Source of the DNA: a virus
DNA: 64,000 nucleotides
Reading direction: 5' to 3' (one strand)
Virus record (IMG/VR): IMGVR_UViG_3300027805_000010
Span: 14,610 to 78,609 of that record
The notes under the pieces are model-generated. The model had not been told where the DNA came from. It searched no databases and saw only the letters and a list, made by a program, of their open reading frames with translations. This document shows, in pieces, positions 54,770 through 62,646 of the stretch; the stretch's first letter is position 1, and the number at the start of each line of letters is the position of its first letter. The translations under genes and the position numbers were made by a program.

Positions 54770-55533
54770 TTTTAAAAAACATCCTATCATTTTTATTTAA
54801 TCCAAAGAACGGTAGATTATTAACAATGATAGTCTTAGTAGTTCTTGCATTACTTTTATTTAGACAATGCGAACAAACAAGAAAGGCTGAATGGGAAACT
54901 ACTCGTATCAGTAATAATCTTAAGGCATCTCAAGATACCATTAGAAATTATGTAGATAAGAATGGTAACTCGGCCGCTGAAATTAGAGCCCTTACTTTAA
55001 CCTTAGATGAGGCAAAGGAAATGGTTGAATTTGAAAAGAACAGACCACCTGTAACAGTTATCAAATATGAAACTAAAATTGTTGAGAAATTGGTAGAAAT
55101 TCCAGTTGCATCAATTGACACAGTGATAGGTAATTTTAATTCGGCTGCAGTTATAGCATCTGAAGCTTCTTGGGGTAAAAGTTCAAGAAAAATCAAAACA
55201 ACAGTACCTTACTCATTTACAGATGGTAAAGCTACATTTGGCGATGCTACTATTGATCTAGAACAAAATATATTTTTAACTGCATCTATCTTAAGAGATA
55301 AAAAGACCAAAGAAGTATTTGTTAATTTATCAACCGACTATCCTGGTACAAAGTTTAATAGTGCTCAAGGTATTATGATTGATCAAAGCAGTTCAGGTTT
55401 TAGAGACCTACAACGACAGAGCAGAAAATCGTTAGGACTAGGTTTACAATTAGGTATGGGTTTTACCGGAAACGGTATATCTCCGTATGTTGGTATAGGC
55501 TTAAACTATACACCTAAGTTTTTACAATGGTAA
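54766..55533 (+). CDS. Membrane-anchored coiled-coil protein with C-terminal amphipathic beta-hairpin (spanin candidate)
   Basis: TM LLTMIVLVVLALLLFRQC, coiled coil, C-terminal GLGLQLGMG...PYVGIGLNY..W. Confidence 0.55.
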   Translation: MILKNILSFLFNPKNGRLLTMIVLVVLALLLFRQCEQTRKAEWETTRISNNLKASQDTIRNYVDKNGNSAAEIRALTLTLDEAKEMVEFEKNRPPVTVIKYETKIVEKLVEIPVASIDTVIGNFNSAAVIASEASWGKSSRKIKTTVPYSFTDGKATFGDATIDLEQNIFLTASILRDKKTKEVFVNLSTDYPGTKFNSAQGIMIDQSSSGFRDLQRQSRKSLGLGLQLGMGFTGNGISPYVGIGLNYTPKFLQW

Positions 55534-55546
55534 ATAAATAGATTGA

Positions 55547-56905
55547 ATGGAATCATCAAAGTTTATACAACTATCAGAAGGTATCTTAGTTGAGTATGTA
55601 TATACCAACCAGGCTAGCCCAACTGTGTTTAACACCGCAGGTTATCCAATCGAGATAATGAGGGATAACTATACAGGCGGATCTTATATGTTTAATACAG
55701 ATACGGTTGCTGCCACTATGGGTAACTATAGGGATATCTCGGCTGTTCCTATTAATGCAGCTAAGAGTAATTATGTTTACTTGAATACTAGTGTAGGAAC
55801 ACCATATAACGACTTTGATCCTAACTTAACTCCATCATCTAATCTATTACAAACATTTTCACCTAATGTTAATATTGAATATGATAAGGTCAAAATCCAT
55901 TTTGTAGCAGGGTTTTCGTTTCAGAATTTTGATGGTATTATTTTTGACATAACTGCACCAAGAAGAGATGGTAAAGATATCGTATTGGCTTCAATTAATT
56001 TCTTAAAGACCGATACACCAGTTCTTAACCCAGATCCTTTGTTAATTGCGGATAAGCTATACTCAACTTATATTGAGTGGAGAATACCTGCACTTTATTA
56101 TATGAATGCTGGTTTTACTACCAGTAATTCAAATACTTTAGCATATAAGTTAACGCAAGGACAAGGATTCATAGGTACACCTTACTTAACTATTAGAGCA
56201 TTAGGTATATTAAATACCACGGTTACAAACGGATATGACTTTTATGAAATAAAAGAGATTAATGCTACCTCTATTCCTAATAGAGACATTTATGATAATC
56301 TGTATGCAAGTGTAGTTGAATCTGCGGCTGGTGATTATTTTGAATTAACTGGTCTGGTGAATGGTTCATCACTATCCAACTTTATAGCTCAACTTAATTC
56401 AAGCGGTGGCAACTATGTAGTATTTCATGAAATCACGTTAAGTGAACAAATAGATACAACATTCATTCAAACTAGTAATCAGATAGTATCTCAGACTACT
56501 GATTTTGACGAACCTATTTTATATAGACCTATTGTACTTAATAGTTCAATTGCGGTATCGTTTGCAATTAATTATGTACTAAGACTTTACAATAGAAACG
56601 ATAATACACAAATCATTAAAAACGCAAGACTAACTTCTTTTGATGTAAAGAAATATGGTAGAAGATTAATGAAGATCAATTTAGGAGTAGTTCCTACAGT
56701 TGCAACTGTGGTAAATCAAATAGATCCTAAGGACGGTAGAAACATCGTAGTTTCAACAGGATCTTCAGTTAACCGTAGCGGTCAAACATCTGAACAAATT
56801 GCAGGTCAACTTGTAGTAAAAACAAAATATGTAACTTCATTTAGAGATAGAGTTAATGTAAAAGCTGCAATATCACCTGCTAAAATTCAAAATATAACAG
56901 AATAA
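55547..56905 (+). CDS. Structural protein, hypothetical
   Basis: 452 aa; AATAAATA at 55533. Confidence 0.6.
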   Translation: MESSKFIQLSEGILVEYVYTNQASPTVFNTAGYPIEIMRDNYTGGSYMFNTDTVAATMGNYRDISAVPINAAKSNYVYLNTSVGTPYNDFDPNLTPSSNLLQTFSPNVNIEYDKVKIHFVAGFSFQNFDGIIFDITAPRRDGKDIVLASINFLKTDTPVLNPDPLLIADKLYSTYIEWRIPALYYMNAGFTTSNSNTLAYKLTQGQGFIGTPYLTIRALGILNTTVTNGYDFYEIKEINATSIPNRDIYDNLYASVVESAAGDYFELTGLVNGSSLSNFIAQLNSSGGNYVVFHEITLSEQIDTTFIQTSNQIVSQTTDFDEPILYRPIVLNSSIAVSFAINYVLRLYNRNDNTQIIKNARLTSFDVKKYGRRLMKINLGVVPTVATVVNQIDPKDGRNIVVSTGSSVNRSGQTSEQIAGQLVVKTKYVTSFRDRVNVKAAISPAKIQNITE

Positions 56906-56906
56906 G

Positions 56907-57797
56907 ATGGAGATACTTACAGACATACCATTAAGCAAACCTGAAGCTGAGTTTTATAAGAAGTTTAAAAATCTGTCAGTTAATGAAGGTCCTAAACCAC
57001 AAGGCGAAGGGTCTATCAGAATATCTCCATTTGATGACTATTTTATATTTACACTATATGATGAAATAGATGGAGTTGATTCTCCAATTGATTTAAGCAA
57101 TGTTGGTACTATTTACATGGTATTCATTGGTAAGAATGATGAAATAAGAATTCCTAATTATACTAATGTACAAGATATTGACATGTCTTCTGGTCAGGTA
57201 CTTTTTAAAATAGGTAAAAATGAATCACAAAAGATATTAGCATTAGATAATAGAAACTTTTACATATCAACTATGATGGTAGATCCGGACGGTAGTTCTG
57301 ATGAGTCTGTTATTTATACTGGTACATTTTTATCATTTGAAGAATCTGCTAAGGTTTCTTTAACACAACAATTGGAAGATGCAAGACTGGAATATTCTAA
57401 GCAATTGGCTGAATTACAAGTTACCGTTGATAGACTTAATCAAGACATAGGTCAAAAGGATAATTTAATAGCCGAGCAAACCGCTGTAATTGAAAGTTTA
57501 AAACAAAGTAACCAAAATCTATCAAACGAGATTGGTGTACTATCTGAAAAGATATCATCAACAGAAGCTGAGAGATTATTACAAGAAGCTAAGGATTCTC
57601 AAAAAGCAGAGGAAGATGCAAAATTAGCAAGACAGCAAATTAGATCTATTAACCAAGTAGAGTTAGCAGATCAAACAAAGTCCAAAAAACAAGCATTCTT
57701 TACACAAGCAGTTAAGCAATTAAGATCAAACATTCCTGGTGTTAATTTAGTTACATCGGGTATTAGTGGAATAAGTGGAATAAACGGTATAAGATAA
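56907..57797 (+). CDS. Hypothetical protein: beta-sandwich + long coiled coil
   Basis: PIDLSN...GQVLFKI N-domain; ~110-aa heptad region. Confidence 0.6.
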   Translation: MEILTDIPLSKPEAEFYKKFKNLSVNEGPKPQGEGSIRISPFDDYFIFTLYDEIDGVDSPIDLSNVGTIYMVFIGKNDEIRIPNYTNVQDIDMSSGQVLFKIGKNESQKILALDNRNFYISTMMVDPDGSSDESVIYTGTFLSFEESAKVSLTQQLEDARLEYSKQLAELQVTVDRLNQDIGQKDNLIAEQTAVIESLKQSNQNLSNEIGVLSEKISSTEAERLLQEAKDSQKAEEDAKLARQQIRSINQVELADQTKSKKQAFFTQAVKQLRSNIPGVNLVTSGISGISGINGIR

Positions 57798-57798
57798 T

Positions 57799-58353
57799 AT
57801 GTTATTAAGTGCAAGAAATAATCAGTTCAGGTTTTCGTTTCCTAGAAACTTTATACCGCTAGCGATAGCTGATAAGTATAGAAACTATTTTAATAGAATG
57901 CCTGGTAGTTTAATTAAGGAACCGATTGACTTCTTTAATTATAGCATACAGTCTATTAATTTACCTGGTCCTACATTTACACCAGTTGAACAAAATGACT
58001 TTCCTGGTAATACTCGTAATTTTAGATCTTCTTTGCCAAGACAAGAACTTTTTGATAGATCATTAACTGTTACTATGCAAGCATTTGATGGGTGGGTTAA
58101 CTATTGGATGGCCGTTGAAGTATTTGAACATTATTATAGACTAAGCGGTAAACAACCATTTTTACCTGAAGGTGTAGGAATAGAAATGATTGACAGCGAA
58201 GGATACTCTCTAGTTACAGTTCAGTTAAAGGATATGATAATGAGTGGTATAGGTTCTCTTGATCTTAACTTTTCAAGTAATACGATTGAATTTCAAACAT
58301 TTGATATTAACTTTGTTTATAACAATTTGAATATAGCCGTAAATCTAGTCTAA
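57799..58353 (+). CDS. Tail tube/terminator-fold protein (gp3/gp19-like)
   Basis: IQSINLPG, LTVT...NY, SLDLN...EFQTFDINFVY pattern. Confidence 0.55.
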   Translation: MLLSARNNQFRFSFPRNFIPLAIADKYRNYFNRMPGSLIKEPIDFFNYSIQSINLPGPTFTPVEQNDFPGNTRNFRSSLPRQELFDRSLTVTMQAFDGWVNYWMAVEVFEHYYRLSGKQPFLPEGVGIEMIDSEGYSLVTVQLKDMIMSGIGSLDLNFSSNTIEFQTFDINFVYNNLNIAVNLV

Positions 58354-58376
58354 TATATAATTAAAATAAAGACATA

Positions 58377-58730
58377 ATGAAAACATTCAAAGATTTTCTT
58401 ACTGAGAATTCAAATGATGCATTAAATATTCAAAACCTGTTAAACGAATCAGAGTTAACAGACGAACAACAAGTTGCGATTGATCAGGCGGTAGAACGAA
58501 TAATGGAGGAACACAAAAACGGTAAAGATTTAGATGCCGTTGTTGAAGAAATTGTTAATGAAGGTATATTAGGATCAATTTTAGGTGGTCTTACTGGATT
58601 TGCATTAGGAAAGGCTGTTGGTAGTGCCTTAGCTAAAGTTCTTGGCATTGAAAAAGGCGCTCTTTATGATTTGCTAACAAGTCGATTAGTTGGTGCTGCA
58701 CTAGGTGCGGTATTAGGTAAGAGACTCTAA
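58377..58730 (+). CDS. Putative encapsidated protein: acidic pro-region + glycine-zipper membrane segment
   Basis: MKTFKDFLTE leader; hydrophobic GxxxG-rich C-terminal 55 aa; AATATATA at 58352. Confidence 0.7.
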   Translation: MKTFKDFLTENSNDALNIQNLLNESELTDEQQVAIDQAVERIMEEHKNGKDLDAVVEEIVNEGILGSILGGLTGFALGKAVGSALAKVLGIEKGALYDLLTSRLVGAALGAVLGKRL

Positions 58731-58741
58731 ATATTCATTTG

Positions 58742-59386
58742 ATGATACATATTGGGATTGACTTTTCCTTAAATAGTCCAGCTGTCTGTATAAAGAAACA
58801 TGACGGTACTTATCGATTTATTTCATTTTTTAACTTCGGTGATAGAGACTGGGAATCAAAAAAGATTCCTAAAGCATTTGAAGTACATCGTGATCTTTCT
58901 GATAACAGTACAATAATAGCAATGCCTTACAATAGAAAGGTTGGCTCTAAGGATTTTCTTGAGAACCAAAGAGAAAAACTCATAGATGGAAAAACCATAG
59001 CAGAGTTAATCGTCAACTATTTAGTAGCTATGTATGGTACATCAAGTGTCAATGTCGCACTGGAAGGATTTTCATATGGATCAACCGGAAACTCATTTAT
59101 TGACATTATACAATACAACACGTTTTTAAGAAGCTTATTGTTAAATGCATATAGAGCAAACAACATTTATATTGTACAACCTTCACATGTTAAAAAGTTA
59201 GCAGGGAAAGGAAATGCAAATAAACATTTCATGGCTAAAGCTTTTCAGGATGATGTCTTAAACGATGAACATCTAAGGAAAACAAAATTGTGGAATTGGT
59301 GTAAGGATAAAGACTTTAGTGAAAAGATTCCAAAACCCATAGATGATATGATTGATAGCTATTTCATAGTAAACACTATCAAATAA
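58742..59386 (+). CDS. RuvC-like Holliday junction resolvase
   Basis: IGIDFSLNSPA, ALEGFSY, VKK.AGKGNA.K, DDMIDSY RNase-H-fold catalytic motifs. Confidence 0.8.
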   Translation: MIHIGIDFSLNSPAVCIKKHDGTYRFISFFNFGDRDWESKKIPKAFEVHRDLSDNSTIIAMPYNRKVGSKDFLENQREKLIDGKTIAELIVNYLVAMYGTSSVNVALEGFSYGSTGNSFIDIIQYNTFLRSLLLNAYRANNIYIVQPSHVKKLAGKGNANKHFMAKAFQDDVLNDEHLRKTKLWNWCKDKDFSEKIPKPIDDMIDSYFIVNTIK

Positions 59387-59472
59387 GAAATGATCATATT
59401 GAAACATTACATTTTACTTAACCATATTCATGCTAGTAATTAAATACTATTCTTTCAATCAATCAGATAAAT

Positions 59473-59504
59473 ATTATATATAGATATTTTAACTTAGTTT
59501 CAGA
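59473..59504 (-). promoter_or_regulatory. Left arm of inverted repeat / leftward promoter-like motif TCTGAAACTAAGT-N10-ATATATAAT
   Basis: Reverse complement matches 59793-59824 in both blocks and in spacing. Confidence 0.6.
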
Positions 59505-59509
59505 GTTTT

Positions 59510-59797
59510 ATGATAAAGGCAATAAAAAATAGAATATTTCTTAAAAAAGATGAATATCCAGAAAAAATTGGATTAATCTATGTCCCAAAACTAGAAGGTC
59601 AATATGCTCCACCGTATTCAGGTACCATCATATCGGTTGGATCCGAAGTGGAAGATTCTGACTACCAAGTAGGTAGCCGAGTTCTTTTTCATGATCTTGC
59701 TGGTACAGAATTTGAACTTGACGGCGAAAAGATATTTAGTATCAGGGAGAATGACATACTTGCAATAGTTGAAGATAAAAATATTGAAATCGTCTGA
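59510..59797 (+). CDS. groES: Co-chaperonin GroES (Cpn10)
   Basis: IKAIKNRIFL, GLIYVP mobile loop, GTIISVG, VGSRVLF, IRENDILAIV. Confidence 0.9.
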   Translation: MIKAIKNRIFLKKDEYPEKIGLIYVPKLEGQYAPPYSGTIISVGSEVEDSDYQVGSRVLFHDLAGTEFELDGEKIFSIRENDILAIVEDKNIEIV

Positions 59798-59824
59798 AAC
59801 TAAGTCACACTGTGAATATATAAT
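59793..59824 (+). promoter_or_regulatory. Right arm of inverted repeat / promoter of the SSB-primase operon
   Basis: TCTGAAACTAAGT-N10-ATATATAAT, ~150 nt before the gp32-like ATG. Confidence 0.6.
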
Positions 59825-59972
59825 TAACAAAGGAACTAATTTATTAGGACCTTTAAATTGGCATTAACGAGGCAAAGTTTTTATTGGCAATCCCGGGCAC
59901 GTAAATAGGCAATGCTTAGTTATGCTTTTAATTAATAAATAAAAGTTAAACTAAAAAAAAGGCACAATTAAA

Positions 59973-60905
59973 ATGGCAAATGAATTCGACATTTTCAGTG
60001 TAAGCGTCAATGACCTTGACACTGGAGACAGACAAAGCTCAGGTGGTTCAGACCTGTATTCACCAAGACCCGATCAAGGGCAAGACGGTACTTACCGTTC
60101 GTTAATTAGGTTTCTTCCTAATATTAAAAATCCTCGCAAACCTTACGTACGTAAATTTGTTTATTGGTTAGAAGACCGTGAAGGTAATGGCTTTTACGCA
60201 GATTCACCTTCAACAGTTGGAGAGAAATGTCCAGTACAGGATCTATTCTTTAAACTTCGTAACAGCGAATCTGCTGTTGACAAAAAAATGTCAGAAGGAT
60301 TAAAGCGTAGAGAAGTATTCTATGCATTGGTACAAATCGTTAAAGATCCACAAAATCGTGATCTTGAAGGTCAAATCAAAGTAATCAAATTTGGTTACAA
60401 AATTAAGGCAAAAATCGACGAGGAGTTAAATCCACAATTTGATGAACCAACTCAAATCTTTGATCCGTTTGAAGGTAAGAACTTCGAATTGGTAATCTCA
60501 AAGAAAGGTGGTTATCCTAACTATGATTCTTGTAAGTTCCAAGGTTCAAAATCTGCTATGACTATCAAAGGAGAATCTGTAACTGATACTAATGAAGGTC
60601 GTAAAATGATTCTTGATTATTTGAAAGATGCACCGGATTTAGGTAACTTTGACTATAAGTCATGGAACGACGAGCAGAGAAACAAAATTATGAATGTTCT
60701 TGCTCAATTTAATTCACCAGGTACATCTGTTGGTACTCTTACAGGATCTGCTCCTAAAGCTGCTCCTAAGGCTGCCGCTAAACCTGCACCTAAGGCTGAA
60801 TCGGTTAATGAAGATTTTGAATCTGAAGAGATGACTGAAGAACCGCAAACAGAATCTGAAGGCGGAGATGACTTTGATGATTTCATTAATGGTTTAGACC
60901 TTTAA
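59973..60905 (+). CDS. Single-stranded DNA-binding protein (T4 gp32-like)
   Basis: IRFLP, CPV, FG.KI, FDP.EG.NF.L, GYPNYD.CKF, acidic C-terminal tail (DDFDDFINGLDL). Confidence 0.9.
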   Translation: MANEFDIFSVSVNDLDTGDRQSSGGSDLYSPRPDQGQDGTYRSLIRFLPNIKNPRKPYVRKFVYWLEDREGNGFYADSPSTVGEKCPVQDLFFKLRNSESAVDKKMSEGLKRREVFYALVQIVKDPQNRDLEGQIKVIKFGYKIKAKIDEELNPQFDEPTQIFDPFEGKNFELVISKKGGYPNYDSCKFQGSKSAMTIKGESVTDTNEGRKMILDYLKDAPDLGNFDYKSWNDEQRNKIMNVLAQFNSPGTSVGTLTGSAPKAAPKAAAKPAPKAESVNEDFESEEMTEEPQTESEGGDDFDDFINGLDL

Positions 60906-60909
60906 TAAT

Positions 60910-61980
60910 ATGGCAACAGAAGTAATTATTTCTTCTGAGATGAAGACTCGGATTATCGATAAGGTAGTCCGAGTCCTTCATCATAGCCATTCTCATCCAG
61001 AAAAAAAGCAAATTTTAGAAGGTAGAGACCGATTAAATTTTGCATGTCCTTACTGTGGTGATTCAACCACTAGCCCTCGTAAAAAGAGAGGTAATCTTTA
61101 TTGGAACGATCTATATGTACATTGTTATAATTGTTCTGCTCACGTTTCTTTAGATGTATTCTTAAAAGACTTTAATCAAAACTTCGAAGGTGAAGATAGA
61201 GTTGAGGTATTAAATTACATTAAGGAAAATAAGAAAAATATATCTTATGGAGAATCTTTAGATTTTTATCTGTTTGATAAAATAAATGAACTCGCGCTAA
61301 CCTTCGATGAGTTAGCATTAGGGTTTAACATTTATCCTATTAATTCTTTAACATATAGAGCATACCCTTATCTTAAGAGCCGTTTACTCCAACATAAGTT
61401 AAATCAATTTGCATACGATCCTAGACGAAAGGAATTGTATGTTTTTAATTTAACCACAGATGGAAAGGTTGTTGGTTTTCAAACTAGAGACTTGGACGGA
61501 ACTGGTCCTAAATACAAAACTTGGAATATTCAACGAATTTATGATAGGTTAAAGAAGCCTTTGGAATTATCAGAGGAAGAGATGGACAATCTGAATAAAA
61601 TTTCAATGTTATTTGGAATCTTAACAGCTGACTTAAGTCGTGATTTTACAATATTTGAAGGTCCTATTGATGCAATGTTTATGACAAACTCAATAGGTCT
61701 AACTGGTGTAAAAAAACAAATTGTGGATTTTAATGAAATTCCAACAGCTCGGTATTTTTTTGATAATGACATTGAAGGAAAATCCAGAATGATTGAAAAA
61801 CTTAAAGAAGGACAAACTGTTTTCTTATGGGATAAGTTTCTAAAGGATTATAACATACCAACAAAAAAGATTAAGGATCTTAATGACTTGGTTAAATATG
61901 AATATGAACATAGAACAGGCTGCTTGAAGAGCATTGATAAATATTTTACAAATAACCATTTAGATCTTATTTTTATATGA
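60910..61980 (+). CDS. DNA primase (T4 gp61-like)
   Basis: CPYCGDS...CYNC zinc finger; GFQTR; TOPRIM EGPIDA, FDND, KDLND. Confidence 0.9.
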   Translation: MATEVIISSEMKTRIIDKVVRVLHHSHSHPEKKQILEGRDRLNFACPYCGDSTTSPRKKRGNLYWNDLYVHCYNCSAHVSLDVFLKDFNQNFEGEDRVEVLNYIKENKKNISYGESLDFYLFDKINELALTFDELALGFNIYPINSLTYRAYPYLKSRLLQHKLNQFAYDPRRKELYVFNLTTDGKVVGFQTRDLDGTGPKYKTWNIQRIYDRLKKPLELSEEEMDNLNKISMLFGILTADLSRDFTIFEGPIDAMFMTNSIGLTGVKKQIVDFNEIPTARYFFDNDIEGKSRMIEKLKEGQTVFLWDKFLKDYNIPTKKIKDLNDLVKYEYEHRTGCLKSIDKYFTNNHLDLIFI

Positions 61981-62195
61981 GTGGTTTAAAAACATTTGAA
62001 TATTTTGTGAATGAACAACTAGAAGATTTCTTTGAAGACTTTGAGGATAGTAAAAAGAACATTAAACTTTTTACATCCTTTTCTAAGATATCTCCACAAT
62101 ATGAAAAGACTGAAATTAAGGTAACTCAACCTAAGAAAAAATTTCAGCCTAAGGTAAAGGTAATGAATAAAAAGAACGATAACGGTATTTTTTAA
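61977..62195 (+). CDS. Small hypothetical protein
   Basis: ATGA overlap; LKTFEYFVNE leader, basic C-terminus. Confidence 0.55.
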   Translation: MSGLKTFEYFVNEQLEDFFEDFEDSKKNIKLFTSFSKISPQYEKTEIKVTQPKKKFQPKVKVMNKKNDNGIF

Positions 62196-62196
62196 A

Positions 62197-62646
62197 ATGG
62201 CATTCGACGATACACAAACCAAACAAGCCAATGATGAATTGGAATCTAGACTATCAAAAGATAGAGTAGACTGGAAAGATAAGATAAACGATATTGTTCA
62301 TAAAATAAAAAATATGAATGAATTATCCGATTGTCAAGTAAGTATGTTATCATATAGACAAATTCTATTGGATAAGGTTACTGATTTTAAAACCATGATC
62401 TATAAAAGAAATGGTACATGGGAAAGATATTACCGGTCACAGTACCGAGAATATACTTTAAACTATGATGTTAAATTAACAAGCGGCGAAAAACATCAAT
62501 TTATAAAAGCAGATCTGTCTTCATTAAGAACACAGATTGATATGTTACAATCACACGTTGATTATTATTATGAGTGTATTAAGACTCTTGATAATCTAGC
62601 ATTTGCTATAAGAAATCGCATAAGACTTGATGAAGAACAAATATAA
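62197..62646 (+). CDS. uvsY: Recombination mediator UvsY-like
   Basis: All-helical 149 aa ending IKTLDNLAFAIRNRI; directly upstream of uvsW. Confidence 0.65.
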   Translation: MAFDDTQTKQANDELESRLSKDRVDWKDKINDIVHKIKNMNELSDCQVSMLSYRQILLDKVTDFKTMIYKRNGTWERYYRSQYREYTLNYDVKLTSGEKHQFIKADLSSLRTQIDMLQSHVDYYYECIKTLDNLAFAIRNRIRLDEEQI

